A stretch of DNA of 64,000 nucleotides, taken from assembly GCA_036918135.1 (NCBI GenBank), contig JBALDB010000015.1, positions 96,001 through 160,000 on the forward strand, in the 5' to 3' direction. This document shows, in pieces, positions 53,201 through 63,748 of this stretch (position 1 is the first letter of the stretch; every line of letters begins with the position of its first letter). Origin of the DNA: Nostoc sp. GTDB lineage: Bacteria; Cyanobacteriota; Cyanobacteriia; Cyanobacteriales; Nostocaceae. The position numbers and the translations under genes were made by a program. The notes below the pieces were generated by a model. It worked only from the letters and a program-made list of their open reading frames with translations, did no database searches and was not told the DNA's origin.

Positions 53201-55435
53201 CAGAATATTATTGTTAATCGCTTCCAAAGCTGAGAGATGTTTAAAGTCTAATAAACGATGTAAATAATCTTCTCGTAATGAAAGAATAACTTTGACAAAA
53301 GATATTTGGAGACAATCGCTAATAAATTTATCGAATGCTTGCTTTTGATTGCGATCGCTATAGCCAAAGAAAAATTCTTCAAACTGGTCAAAAATTAAAA
53401 CTGTAATCAAATGATGCTCGGCATTTTTTTGTAATTGTTGTAAAATATTCACGATGGTGCTAGGCGTGGCAAAGTCAGGTAAAACCTCCGCTTCAATGGC
53501 TGCCTCTACCTTGATTTCAGACATTGCCTCTGTTAAAGATTTACCTAATTCCCTTGCCCAATCTGTATAAACTTGCAGTACCACAGGTATAGCAATTTGG
53601 TCGCCAATAGCTCGATTTTGCAATGCTGGAACTAAACCCGCAGTTACCGTAGAACTCTTACCCACTCCTGACTGACCGTGAATTACCGTCAGCTTTTGGT
53701 CAGCGCGGCTAATTCTACCAATTAAATTATTAATATCTCGCTCTCGACCAGAAGCCGCAATTTCTAAAGCAACACTGCTACTCCCAGAAGGTGACATCAA
53801 TGCTGGGTTTGTCGCCTGTCTTTGGGGTTGCAAGCGTCCCGCACCGATAAAAGCTCGAAAACCATACTGCTGTTCAACAGAACGCCGCTTCTGCCGAATG
53901 TTATAAGCTTCCAAATATCGCCCTTCTTCAAAATAAAGCGATCGCAATGTCCGCAACAAGCGAATATAACGATGGGCATTATATTGATGGGCACTGCTTT
54001 CTAAAGCTTCTGGAAGTTCTTTTGCCGCCTTTTCTAAATATTCACGGGTGACTTCTGGTTCACCTAAATTACGCTGGGCTTTCGCTAATATTAAATAGAA
54101 AATTTGTGCTAATAGTAAGGGAAATAAGCAGTTATAAGGGTCATTCTGCTTTTGGGCTTCGGCTAATTTCAGCAGTGATACATGTGCTAAGATACTCGCT
54201 TGTACCCAGCGCGATTGCTGCACTGCTACTTGTGCGAGAAAACCGTAGTCACAAGCAAGTTGGATTTGACTGCCATAAATTTGATGCAACTCCAAAGACT
54301 TTTGAGCAACAATCTGCAATTCTTCCCAATCTTGGAGATTTTGCAAAACTTCAGCGAGTTGACCAATAAATTCAGCAACTATATTTAGACACCCAGCTTG
54401 CTGCAAAATATTCAGACATTGCTGATAATAAGATTTTGCTGCTAACCAATGACGGCGATTTTCTGCTTGGTTTTGCTCAGCTAAACGACAACAACATAGC
54501 CCAATATAAAACAGTAAAACTCCCTGTCGCAGAACCAAGGAGGATGGGGGAGATGGGGGGGATGGGGAAGAAAAGGGAGTTCTTAGCAGAGGGGAAATAG
54601 GTAATTTTTCATTTTCCCCCTTGCCCCCTTCCCCTTGCCCCCCTGCCTCTTCCCTCTCCCCCAACTTCTGCCAAACTTGTAAACTTTTTTGGAAATGATT
54701 TAAAGCTGGAATGATGCGATCGCTAACATAATTATCTAAACCAAAAACAAATTCTAAACTAGCGTGCAATTCTGGTTCTAAGGTAACACCACGATTTTGT
54801 AATTCTCTGATGCCGAAGTGGAGTTCATAGTTACGTTCCCAGACTTGCTCTAGAGTAGAATAATTTTCTGTAAACTGAGGTGCTTGGGGTTGTGCGGGAT
54901 TTGGCAATACTCTGGCAAACAAAGAATCAGTTTCTTGTTGGAGAAATTCCAGCAATGACCTAGTTGTCATTTCAAATTGAATCGGTGTCGCCGCCCAACT
55001 CGCAAAATCTGGTGCTAAACGTACCACTTTTTGCAATACTTCATTATTCACCCAGACAATTATCGGAAATGGATGGCGTTTGCGAAATTCATCACGAATA
55101 TGATTAATAGACCTTAAGAAATCATCAAGTCCATCTACTAACTCTAAACCTAAAATCATCAACGCTGATGGCGGTTGACGCTCGGTAACTAATTGTAGAT
55201 GAATAGTTGTGTAAAGACTTCTCGCATTGTGGGGTAAAACTACTTTTTGAATCTGGTATAATCCATCAGAAAGTTCTTCGAGTTGGTGCAACATTTGCTC
55301 TTGCAAAACTCGATAATTGCAGCAAACTAAAACTAGGGAAAATTGACCGTTAGAAAGTGCGATCGCTCTCCCTAAATTCCGCAATGCCCGCTGGTTATTT
55401 GCTCTTATATCTGCTTGTGGGTGTCCTTCAACCAT
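50297..55435 (-). CDS. Large STAND NTPase with TPR-like N-region, coiled coil, TM-like segment and 14 WD40 repeats
   Basis: Walker A GQSGVGKS, Walker B LIFDQFEE, 14 GH...SVSFSPDG...KLW-type repeats. Confidence 0.9.
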   Translation of the reverse strand: MVEGHPQADIRANNQRALRNLGRAIALSNGQFSLVLVCCNYRVLQEQMLHQLEELSDGLYQIQKVVLPHNARSLYTTIHLQLVTERQPPSALMILGLELVDGLDDFLRSINHIRDEFRKRHPFPIIVWVNNEVLQKVVRLAPDFASWAATPIQFEMTTRSLLEFLQQETDSLFARVLPNPAQPQAPQFTENYSTLEQVWERNYELHFGIRELQNRGVTLEPELHASLEFVFGLDNYVSDRIIPALNHFQKSLQVWQKLGEREEAGGQGEGGKGENEKLPISPLLRTPFSSPSPPSPPSSLVLRQGVLLFYIGLCCCRLAEQNQAENRRHWLAAKSYYQQCLNILQQAGCLNIVAEFIGQLAEVLQNLQDWEELQIVAQKSLELHQIYGSQIQLACDYGFLAQVAVQQSRWVQASILAHVSLLKLAEAQKQNDPYNCLFPLLLAQIFYLILAKAQRNLGEPEVTREYLEKAAKELPEALESSAHQYNAHRYIRLLRTLRSLYFEEGRYLEAYNIRQKRRSVEQQYGFRAFIGAGRLQPQRQATNPALMSPSGSSSVALEIAASGRERDINNLIGRISRADQKLTVIHGQSGVGKSSTVTAGLVPALQNRAIGDQIAIPVVLQVYTDWARELGKSLTEAMSEIKVEAAIEAEVLPDFATPSTIVNILQQLQKNAEHHLITVLIFDQFEEFFFGYSDRNQKQAFDKFISDCLQISFVKVILSLREDYLHRLLDFKHLSALEAINNNILDKNIRYQLNNFSPEYAKAIIKNLTKRSQLHLEPALIDALIEDLSTEFGEVRPIELQVVGAQIQDERITTLEQYQPYRPNKLIERYIKELIKDCGPENERAALLVLYLLTDESNNRPFKTRAELTAQLAELEDASKLDLVLDILVRSGLVVLFPDVPERYQLIHDYLVDLIRYLQQQESSLQVQLNQLRQKVEQSQAEIERLKSELTQKKQPTKLIDTHPQQGLNLLTELRELQKREEISQLEIEQLRAELKEKELTTKLAESQKKQRLSEAQLNRSLKIALTASVLAIFGLSVSIVTAIDSEIKTLSVSSEALFASQKGIDALKEGLKAAKKLQQTIWVDPNTKEQVLTALYQAVSGVREYNRFDGHISGVNSVVFSRDRSLIASASADTTIKLWRPDGSLFKTLSGHDDVVNSVSFSPNSQIIASASQDKTVKLWSREGQLLATLLGHQAVVNSVSFSPDGQLIASASTDKTIKLWTQDGRLLKTIEGHTSAVLAVAWSPDGQTIASGSADNTIKLWNREGKLLKTFPGHNDAVLGIAWSPDGKTIASASLDQTIKLWNLAGNLLRTLSGHSAGVTSVSFSPDGNTIASASTDETLKLWSSEGVLLGTLKGHNNWVNSVSFSPDGRTLASASRDKTIKLWRWDDVLLRKPKADNNDWVTSISFSPGGHILAAASRDKTVKLFNREGNLLRTFTGHQNQVWGVSFSPDGKVIASASKDKTVKLWSRGGELLHTFEGHNNTVLGVAWSPDSQVIASASKDKTVKLWSQNGILLNTLQGHQDAVNWVSFSPDGKLLASASDDKTVKLWTKDGKLLHTLIGHSGRVNGVAWSPDSQIFASVSTDSTVKIWNRDGKLVNNLDDDGDSFISVSFSPDGKTLAASSDDKVRIWNRDGILLIALKGYKDELTSISFSPDSKTLAVGSANGTVIFQDLADIQLEKLLLRGCDLLHDYLQTNQKVMKSDRALCSGR

Positions 55436-56742
55436 GATTTAAATCTCTGCGTTTCTGCTAAAACTGGGTTGACGGCAAACCAAGCCCCCTCGCGATCGCG
55501 GTACTCAAATATAAATAGACTCCGCAATAATGTGTGATATTCAATATCACCTCTGACTCTCTGCTGTTGCACCACTTGAAAAATCAGTTCCCACTCTTGT
55601 GGGTCAATAGCATTGCCTCGGTAATCGCGCTGTCTTTGAATCACCAATTCGACACACTCCCGCTCGAAGGGTGGATCTTGTTCCCGCAAACAATCAAACA
55701 ACAACCCTAGCAAGTCGCGTACATGACCACCACTAATCAGACACAACCGATCTAAGGTTTCTAAATTATCAAACACTTCTGTAATTAAGCTTAACCGATC
55801 GCTAGGCAAAATATCCGGAAAAGCCCTTGCTAGCACCATTTGCCGCATCAATGCTAGCCCTTGGGGGAAAATCTCTCCAGAGCGCAAACGTACGGGTATC
55901 ATCGGTAGCACTTTTGGCGCTACTCCTCCGCCCAAACGATGCTGAAGTTCGGCGCTATCGTTAGAAAAAGTCAAAGCTAGGGGAATAGTATAAACAACAT
56001 GACAATTTAGTTTGCGTAACTGTTCGCCCCGCTGAATAAACAAGTATTCTGGTAGCGATCGCCCCGATGGTAAAGGTCGAATTGCTACTCTATCCAAATT
56101 ATCAACAATTACTACTAGTCCCCTTTTACCCTTGGCTTTGAGTTCTTTATTGGCACGTTCTAATAGTTCTTGATTAATTGACTGTAAAATATTCGCCGTT
56201 CGCGGTTCTAGATAGTCCCTTAACCGCCGCCGCAATTGGGGGCTTTCTTTAGTTTTAGCTGTAATTTTGCCGATTCCCACAGATAATTCGGCTTCAACTC
56301 CGAGTTCAATTGGTGTTTGCAAAAAATCGACAATTTCGCCAAACAACTTAGTAAAATAGCGAGGCTTGAGCCTGATTTTCATTGCTTCCAGGCTTTCACT
56401 TACCTGACCTGCGATCGCCAATAAAACATCAGTCACATCCACATCTGCCATTTCTAAGACGTGGGTAGACTCAAAATAAACCACATGAAATTGCTGCACT
56501 TCTAACTCAGCTTTGAGCCGTAACAATTCCGTTGATTTTCCACAGCCGAGATGTCCGGTAAATAGCTGACAAGTTGGTATATCTGGCGAGATGCGAGTAA
56601 TAGTGCGCTGTAAAGCCTCAATGATTTTGCCACCCCGCACCGCCGCAAAATCGATATAATATCGGCGATCGCTTGCATCTCCTATCATTAAAGGTCTACT
56701 TGGATTGCAAGCCTGATAAAATCTTTCTAAATCTAGGAGCAT
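55405..56742 (-). CDS. P-loop ATPase overlapping the STAND-WD40 gene
   Basis: Walker A GHLGCGKST, Walker B VIVDNLD, SGGHVRDL. Confidence 0.9.
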   Translation of the reverse strand: MLLDLERFYQACNPSRPLMIGDASDRRYYIDFAAVRGGKIIEALQRTITRISPDIPTCQLFTGHLGCGKSTELLRLKAELEVQQFHVVYFESTHVLEMADVDVTDVLLAIAGQVSESLEAMKIRLKPRYFTKLFGEIVDFLQTPIELGVEAELSVGIGKITAKTKESPQLRRRLRDYLEPRTANILQSINQELLERANKELKAKGKRGLVVIVDNLDRVAIRPLPSGRSLPEYLFIQRGEQLRKLNCHVVYTIPLALTFSNDSAELQHRLGGGVAPKVLPMIPVRLRSGEIFPQGLALMRQMVLARAFPDILPSDRLSLITEVFDNLETLDRLCLISGGHVRDLLGLLFDCLREQDPPFERECVELVIQRQRDYRGNAIDPQEWELIFQVVQQQRVRGDIEYHTLLRSLFIFEYRDREGAWFAVNPVLAETQRFKSWLKDTHKQI

Positions 56743-57314
56743 AATTAATCGAGTTCATTTAAGAATAGGGATGATAAAATTTATTTTTAGGAATTTCTCT
56801 GTTAATTTAAGTATATTTGGCTAAAATTAATAACTAAATAAAGTGCATTCAGATTGATTTTTCATATTTACGTTTTATATAGCACACTACAAAGCTAGCA
56901 TTTGATTTTATTTAAGTAGAAATACTGCTATAAGTACAAATAGCAGAAATCTCAAATATAAAATAAGGTACTCTTATGAATATTAAAAATATCTCAGACA
57001 AAAAAAGGTACCGTTAAGTACAATCTGTATGTTGGCTGATTTTGAAATCACAAGAGTCGTCCTAAGTTGACTATTACAAAGAAAGGCAGGAGTTAGGAGT
57101 TAGGAGGCAGGAGGGAATAAGTATCAATTAAAACAAGAGTTGCTGGGTTTAAAGCTCAGGTTAGACTGATAATTATACTGAAACTATTTGCAGCGAAGTA
57201 TAAAACGTCATTGTTTCAATCCCACGTTTTTAAGCGTGGGTTCCTTCTGCCTTCTGAAAGATCCCTTCCTGGTTCTAAAATGAAATCGCACTTCATTGCT
57301 GACAAAACTAGCTT

Positions 57315-58130
57315 ATGCAAGACTCTAGACAAGAAATAAATGCCAGGGCTTCTATGGATTTAGAACAGCGAAGGACTTGGTATTCACCCGTTGCTGATGT
57401 TTATTACAATGCAAGAGCGCCCTATCCGAAGGAACTAATCGATCGGTCTGTCGCTTTAGCCCAACTTGACTCAGATGCATCGATTCTTGAGGTTGGTTGT
57501 GGCCCGGGAAATGCGACAGTGGCTTTTGCTCAATTTGGTTTTTCAATGACGTGTATTGAGCCAAATCAAGATTTTTGTCAATTCGCACAACAGAACTGCG
57601 ATCGATATCCAAAAGTTACAATTTGCAATACTTCATTTGAGGAGTGGGAATTAGAAGCAAAAAAGTTCAATGCCGTTCTATCTGCCAATGCCTTTCACTG
57701 GATACCGTCAGAGATTAGATATACCAAGGCAGCGTCGGCAATGTACGATAACGGTTTTCTGATCCTGCTATGGAATCTGATGCCAGAACCGAGATACGAA
57801 GTTTACCAAGCGCTTGAGGAAGTGTATCAAGCTTATGCGCCCTCCTTTGTTCGATATGAAGGTGCCCAGATTCAAGCGGAGATTTTGAGGGGGTTTGAAC
57901 AAGAGATTTTAGACTCTAATTGTTTTAAAGAGTTGGTTGTCGAGCAAACTGCCTGTGAAGTCACCTATAGCATTGATAACTACCTCAAGCTTTTGAGTAC
58001 CTCTCGGAGACTAGAGCCACAAGCTAAAGAGTTACTATTTGCAGGATTGCGCCAGAAGCTAGAAAAATTTGGAGATAGCGTACAACTCTCGTTTCTTTCT
58101 GCTGTTCATATTGCCCGCAAAGACAGCTAA
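57315..58130 (+). CDS. Class I SAM-dependent methyltransferase
   Basis: ILEVGCGPG, AFHW. Confidence 0.9.
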   Translation: MQDSRQEINARASMDLEQRRTWYSPVADVYYNARAPYPKELIDRSVALAQLDSDASILEVGCGPGNATVAFAQFGFSMTCIEPNQDFCQFAQQNCDRYPKVTICNTSFEEWELEAKKFNAVLSANAFHWIPSEIRYTKAASAMYDNGFLILLWNLMPEPRYEVYQALEEVYQAYAPSFVRYEGAQIQAEILRGFEQEILDSNCFKELVVEQTACEVTYSIDNYLKLLSTSRRLEPQAKELLFAGLRQKLEKFGDSVQLSFLSAVHIARKDS

Positions 58131-58240
58131 ATTCAAGAATTAACTCGTCTTTTAGCAAGAGAAGATTTATTATCGCAGTTTCATAATTGTCAGACATCGC
58201 CTAACTGAGCGGGTAACGACTTCTGAAAACCCGAATTAAT

Positions 58241-59101
58241 CTACAAACCCATTGCATATAGAATTAGGCGATCGTGGAGCCTATCGGGCAAAATATGTTT
58301 CAGCACAGCTTGGATTTTGGCATCTTGTCCAATAAGATAACGTGTCTTTGGCTGCTTTGCAGTCAGCGCATGGATAACAGCTTGAGCGACAATATCCGCA
58401 GAAATTCCTCTAGATGCAATAATCTGCATTTTCTGACGTACAATATTCATCGCCTGACCGTAAAGATTTAGTGCTGATTGTGGTAAATTTTCTTGTCCGA
58501 TTTCAGCTTGAGTTAGAGATTTATTCCAAATTGGCGTAGCGATAGAACTAGGTTCAATAATCGAAACTGAGATTCCCCACGGTCGTAACTCCATACGCAT
58601 CACATCAGTGAGTGCTACCAAAGCAAATTTTGACGCATTGTAAGCGCCCAAAAACGGAATAGGACTTCTACCAGCAATGGAACCCATATTCACAATTCGA
58701 CCCCGACCTTGGCGTAATAAACCAAGAAATGCTTGTGTTACTGCTAATTGTCCGGTGACATTAACATTCATCTGGTGTTGAAATTCGGCGATCGGTAATA
58801 ATTCTAAAGGGCCTGGGACAGCAATTCCAGCATTATTCACTAAACCCAAAATCCCAACATCACGGACTGTATTCGTTACCTGCTCGACTACAGAGGCGAT
58901 CGATTCAGCATCAGTAATATCTAAAAAAACCGGAATTAGCTTTGGTGAAGCTTTTTCTTGGAGTGTTTGAGCATCAACATCTTGACGCACACCAGCAAAA
59001 ACAGAGAATCCCAACCGATCTAAAAGCAAAGCACACGCCTGACCAATTCCTGTTGACGCTCCTGTAATCACGACTGTACCTTGATAATTTCTTATAACCA
59101 T
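58241..59101 (-). CDS. Short-chain dehydrogenase/reductase
   Basis: TGASTGIG, NNAG, YNASK. Confidence 0.95.
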   Translation of the reverse strand: MVIRNYQGTVVITGASTGIGQACALLLDRLGFSVFAGVRQDVDAQTLQEKASPKLIPVFLDITDAESIASVVEQVTNTVRDVGILGLVNNAGIAVPGPLELLPIAEFQHQMNVNVTGQLAVTQAFLGLLRQGRGRIVNMGSIAGRSPIPFLGAYNASKFALVALTDVMRMELRPWGISVSIIEPSSIATPIWNKSLTQAEIGQENLPQSALNLYGQAMNIVRQKMQIIASRGISADIVAQAVIHALTAKQPKTRYLIGQDAKIQAVLKHILPDRLHDRLILYAMGL

Positions 59102-59290
59102 TAGTTTTTTTGATGATGAAACTACTGTAATATTTCTCTGCGTGTCCTACTTACGAACTAAGCTAACGCACCTAAATGTTGCATTTTTTCTGTCAAGACC
59201 GTCATTAGTCATTAGTAAAAAACAAATGACTAATGATAAATGACAATCTTATGAGTTAATGTGCAACTATAAATACGTAATACTTTAGTA

Positions 59291-59518
59291 TCAATCCTTG
59301 CAGATACCAGAGCGAAGACAATCTTCGGTTTGGTCATCTCTAGCCCATATTTGCCAAGGTAATATACTTGAGGAGGCATTTGTACTCTCAACCATGAGAG
59401 CAGCTATATTAGGAAGCTGGTTTTTGACAATTGATACATTACTACAAACATTTCCTAGCTCAGCATTAAATAAATAAACAGGCAATGCCATTAGGACAAT
59501 GCAAATCGTCCGGTTCAT
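59291..59518 (-). CDS. Small hypothetical, possibly secreted, protein
   Basis: 75-aa ORF with hydrophobic N-terminus and C-terminal CxxxxxC; GAGG RBS-like upstream. Confidence 0.45.
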   Translation of the reverse strand: MNRTICIVLMALPVYLFNAELGNVCSNVSIVKNQLPNIAALMVESTNASSSILPWQIWARDDQTEDCLRSGICKD

Positions 59519-59921
59519 ACAACCTCAGCTAAAAATTTCCGATTACGCTACACTTAGATGCCACCTTGATGAACCGGAGTTAAAAAACTGAGCATTGTAT
59601 ATTGAAGTTGTGTTAATTTACTCAGTCCTACTAGCCGCAGAGACGTGATTTATAAATCTTCGGTTCCACCCTTTTTTAGGTTAGGCATTGCCTACAAGAT
59701 GGCTTCCTACTAACTTATGCAGATGCAACCCTAGAAAACAGGACAAAAAACTCATAGTACTCAAAAACATATCTTGGTGGCTACATTCGCCAGATAAAAT
59801 AGTGAAGAGTGCTGAGTAAAGAGTGGGGCAGATGAGGGAGCAAGGGGAAAATAACTTCTAACTCCTAACTCAGCACTCCTAACTCAGTACTCAGTGACAA
59901 ATTTTGCCTACTAACTGACTC

Positions 59922-60716
59922 ATGACGCCTTCACAAGACGTAGATACTATAACTGCTCCTGATATCGACCCAGAAGCAGATAGTAACTCCCAAACAGATC
60001 CTTTAGATGAGTTGCCGGGTGAAGTCGAAATGTCCCTTTTCGACCACTTAGAAGAGTTGCGACTGCGAATTTTTTATTCGCTGATTGCCGTAGCAATAGC
60101 CATTATCGGCTGTTTCTTTGCCGTTAAGCCGCTTGTCCAACTACTTGAAGTTCCAGCACAAGGAGTAAAATTTCTTCAACTTGCACCTGGAGAATATTTC
60201 TTTGTCTCCCTGAAAGTCGCAGCTTACACAGGCTTAGTACTTTCTAGTCCTTTTATTCTTTATCAAATTATCCAGTTTGTGCTTCCTGGACTAACCCGCC
60301 GCGAACGCCGCATATTAGGCCCTGTGGTTTTAGGTTCAAGTGTTTTATTTGCAGCAGGTTTAGTATTTGCCTATCTACTCCTTATTCCCGCAGCTTTGAA
60401 ATTTTTCATCAGCTATGGAGCAGATGTAGTCGAACAACTTTGGTCAATTGACAAATATTTTGAATTTGTGCTGCTACTGTTATTTAGCACTGGCATAGCA
60501 TTTCAAATTCCGATTATTCAACTGTTACTTGGTAACTTGAATATTGTCTCGTCTGAAAAGATGGTTTCTGGTTGGCGTTACGTGATTATGGGAGCAGTGG
60601 TTTTAGGAGCTATTCTCACACCTTCTACTGACCCTCTCACCCAAAGTCTTTTAGCTGGTGCAGTCCTGGGACTTTACTTTGGCGGAATTGGTTTGGTGAA
60701 GCTCACAGGAAAATGA
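59922..60716 (+). CDS. tatC: Twin-arginine translocase subunit TatC
   Basis: [23 protein letters not shown]. Confidence 0.96.
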   Translation: MTPSQDVDTITAPDIDPEADSNSQTDPLDELPGEVEMSLFDHLEELRLRIFYSLIAVAIAIIGCFFAVKPLVQLLEVPAQGVKFLQLAPGEYFFVSLKVAAYTGLVLSSPFILYQIIQFVLPGLTRRERRILGPVVLGSSVLFAAGLVFAYLLLIPAALKFFISYGADVVEQLWSIDKYFEFVLLLLFSTGIAFQIPIIQLLLGNLNIVSSEKMVSGWRYVIMGAVVLGAILTPSTDPLTQSLLAGAVLGLYFGGIGLVKLTGK

Positions 60717-60862
60717 CGATCGCTTCTTCAACAAAAAATTAAAAAATTAAAATGTCAACTCACCGAAATTGAGATTTTCAATTATAGATTTCGGTGAAGC
60801 AGTGTGGTCTTGATAATTTCCATGCTAGTTGCTACTAAAATCTAAAATTGTTTGACCAAGAA

Positions 60863-61198
60863 ATGACACAAGTTAGCTTTGAGGATTTTGAAAAAGTCGA
60901 GATTCACGTTGGTAAAATTATCAAAGTTGAAGAATTTCCGAAAGCTAAGAAATCAGCTTATAAACTATGGATAGATTTTGGTAATTTAGGTATCAAAAAA
61001 TCTAGTGCCCAAATTACAAAGCTTTATCAGCCAACAGAATTAATCAATAGATTAATATTAGCTGTTACTAACTTTCCACCCCGTCAAATTGCTGATTTCA
61101 TTTCAGAAGTTTTAGTCTTGGGAGTGGTTGTAGATGATGGAGAGGTTGTATTAATTCAGCCAGATAGAGATGTATCCGTTGGTAAAAGAATTAAGTAG
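60863..61198 (+). CDS. csaA: tRNA-binding / CsaA-like OB-fold protein
   Basis: DFEKVEIHVG, SSAQIT, NFPPRQIA, SEVLVLG. Confidence 0.85.
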   Translation: MTQVSFEDFEKVEIHVGKIIKVEEFPKAKKSAYKLWIDFGNLGIKKSSAQITKLYQPTELINRLILAVTNFPPRQIADFISEVLVLGVVVDDGEVVLIQPDRDVSVGKRIK

Positions 61199-61276
61199 CA
61201 CATTTTAGTAAATAAAATTTTTTATCTTAAAAAACGTAATAAATGGTAAATTTATTAATCTTCTGGTAATAACAGG

Positions 61277-61585
61277 TTATAAAATCCATTCTGAAGCGCG
61301 TTCCCCCAAATCTAGAGGAATGCTGACAGCTTTGCCGAGTCGGGGGCGATCGCGTGTTTGGGTGATAAATGCTTGCACTTGTGTTGTTCCACCCAAGGCA
61401 TGAAGATAATTAGCGATACTATCAAGATGCTCTTGGTATTCTGCCTCAGTTAAGGGAAAAGAAGCTTGCTCCAAATATTTCCACATCACTTGCAAAAATA
61501 TCTTTCCCTGTGCCCGCCGGAACTGGACATCATAAGAGTATCCCCACTTCTCAACTAACAGTTGACGTAATTCCTGTCCTGTCAT
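61277..61585 (-). CDS. DUF3067 family protein
   Basis: KWG.SYDVQ, LQVMWKYLEQASFPL; divergent from petC. Confidence 0.88.
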   Translation of the reverse strand: MTGQELRQLLVEKWGYSYDVQFRRAQGKIFLQVMWKYLEQASFPLTEAEYQEHLDSIANYLHALGGTTQVQAFITQTRDRPRLGKAVSIPLDLGERASEWIL

Positions 61586-61814
61586 AGCTTTTCTCAATCA
61601 GATTTTACATTTAGTTATGATGTTAAGTTCCGTAACTCCAGTATGATAAGGATATAAAGAAATGTAATGCTAACAGAAAAGATGCTAGATAGATCTTGGA
61701 ATACAGAAGTATGGCATCGTTGTAAGCGTTAGCATTTCGACTTAGACAAGAGTTGCTCAAGTGCAAATACTCCTGTCAAAATGCTTAACAAAATACACAA
61801 AGAGCGCGTAGATT

Positions 61815-62354
61815 ATGGCTCAATTTTCGGAATCAGCAGACGTGCCCGATATGGGGCGTCGTCAGTTCATGAATCTGCTCACTTTTGGGACTGTCACTGG
61901 AGTAGCTTTAGGTGCATTGTATCCCGTTGTCAAGTACTTTATTCCACCTGCTAGTGGTGGTGCTGGTGGTGGAAGCACAGCAAAAGACGAGTTGGGCAAC
62001 GATGTTAGTCTGAGCAAATTTCTGGAAAACCGTAATGCAGGCGATCGCACCTTAGTTCAAGGACTCAAGGGTGACCCTACCTATATTGTGGTAGAAAACA
62101 AAGAGGCGATCAAAGATTATGGCATCAACGCTATTTGTACCCACTTAGGTTGTGTCGTACCTTGGAACGGTGCTGAGAACAAATTTAAGTGTCCTTGTCA
62201 CGGTTCTCAGTATGACTCAACTGGTAAGGTTGTGCGTGGTCCAGCACCACTGTCTTTGGCTTTAGCCCACACCAACACCGCAGAAGACAAAATTGTCTTG
62301 AGTCCTTGGACTGAAACCGACTTCCGCACTGGCGATGCACCTTGGTGGGCTTAA
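61815..62354 (+). CDS. petC: Cytochrome b6f Rieske iron-sulfur subunit
   Basis: Twin-Arg signal, CTHLGC, CPCHGS. Confidence 0.98.
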   Translation: MAQFSESADVPDMGRRQFMNLLTFGTVTGVALGALYPVVKYFIPPASGGAGGGSTAKDELGNDVSLSKFLENRNAGDRTLVQGLKGDPTYIVVENKEAIKDYGINAICTHLGCVVPWNGAENKFKCPCHGSQYDSTGKVVRGPAPLSLALAHTNTAEDKIVLSPWTETDFRTGDAPWWA

Positions 62355-62389
62355 TAATTTTGTCCTTAGCCATTAGTCCTTAGTCCAAG

Positions 62390-62430
62390 AACTAATGACT
62401 AATGACTAATGACTAATGACTAATGACTAA
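62390..62430. repeat. STRR heptamer array (ACTAATG)n
   Basis: About 5 tandem units between petC and petA. Confidence 0.85.
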
Positions 62431-62453
62431 TTCAATCATTGTCCTTAATTGAG

Positions 62454-63455
62454 ATGAGAAATGCTTCCATAACAGCGAGGTTAACTCGCAGTGCTAAAGC
62501 AATTGTCAAAACATTGCTCATAGCGATCGCTACGGTGACATTTTACTTCACCAGCGACCTAGCCCTTCCCCAATCCGCTGCTGCTTATCCCTTTTGGGCA
62601 CAGCAAACCTATCCTGAAAGTCCCCGCGAACCAACGGGGCGGATTGTTTGTGCCAACTGTCACCTAGCAGCTAAGCCGACAGAAGTTGAAGTTCCCCAAT
62701 CAGTGCTACCTGACACTGTATTCAAAGCTGTAGTGAAGATTCCCTACGATACCAGTGTGCAGCAGGTTGGTGCTGATGGTTCTAAAGTCGGCTTGAACGT
62801 CGGTGCTGTACTGATGCTGCCTGAAGGCTTTAAGATTGCTCCTGAAGACCGGATTTCTGAGGAACTTAAAGAAGAAGTCGGCGAAACATACTTCCAACCC
62901 TACAGCGAAGACAAAGAAAACGTTGTCATCGTCGGTCCTTTACCTGGCGAACAGTACCAAGAAATCGTCTTCCCAGTTCTTTCTCCCAACCCCGCAACCG
63001 ACAAAAATATCCACTTCGGTAAATATTCAGTTCACGTAGGTGGTAATCGCGGACGCGGACAAGTCGATCCTACTGGTCAAAAGAGCAACAACAACGTTTA
63101 CAATGCTTCCGCTACTGGCACAGTTACCAAAATTGCCAAAGAGGAAGATGAAGATGGTAACGTCAAATATCTAGTGAACATTCAACCTGAGTCTGGCGAT
63201 GTTGTTGTCGAAACAGTTCCCGCAGGTCCAGAATTGATTGTTTCTGAAGGACAAGCTGTTAAGTCTGGTGATGCTTTGACCAATAACCCCAACGTTGGTG
63301 GATTCGGTCAAAAAGATACAGAGATTGTATTGCAAGACGCCGGCAGAGTCAAAGGATTAATTGCATTCATCGCTCTTGTGATGATGGCTCAAGTTATGCT
63401 AGTGCTGAAGAAAAAGCAGGTTGAAAGAGTTCAAGCTGCTGAGATGAATTTCTAA
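62454..63455 (+). CDS. petA: Apocytochrome f
   Basis: YPFWAQ mature N-terminus, CANCH heme motif, C-terminal TM. Confidence 0.98.
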   Translation: MRNASITARLTRSAKAIVKTLLIAIATVTFYFTSDLALPQSAAAYPFWAQQTYPESPREPTGRIVCANCHLAAKPTEVEVPQSVLPDTVFKAVVKIPYDTSVQQVGADGSKVGLNVGAVLMLPEGFKIAPEDRISEELKEEVGETYFQPYSEDKENVVIVGPLPGEQYQEIVFPVLSPNPATDKNIHFGKYSVHVGGNRGRGQVDPTGQKSNNNVYNASATGTVTKIAKEEDEDGNVKYLVNIQPESGDVVVETVPAGPELIVSEGQAVKSGDALTNNPNVGGFGQKDTEIVLQDAGRVKGLIAFIALVMMAQVMLVLKKKQVERVQAAEMNF

Positions 63456-63481
63456 ATTCTTTGCTAAATCATTCTTTCTCG

Positions 63482-63507
63482 GACAGGCAAAATGCCTGTC
63501 TTTTTTA
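63482..63507 (+). terminator. Rho-independent terminator of petCA
   Basis: GACAGGCA-AAA-TGCCTGTC followed by T run. Confidence 0.85.
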
Positions 63508-63748
63508 TGTGTTATAGTTCTAAGTCAATCTCACTGACTCTCAGCTTTATATGCAATTTGCTTTCAAAATATATGTACTTAATTAAAAATTATTATATTA
63601 ACTTATAATCTCTTTTTGCGGAATCTGTTATAGTTTAATTGTAAGTTATAACATTTGTTATAACAAAAATATAACTTTTCATATCAAATCTATGGTGTCT
63701 AGGTATTATATTTGAATATCTAACATCTTCCTAATTAGGAATTAGCTT

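Noticed and set aside
57175..57240. CTGAAAC...GTTTCAATCCC resembling the ends of a type I-D CRISPR repeat
   Set aside because: Only partial motifs; no full repeat recurs, and the segment lies in an STRR-flanked palindromic repeat
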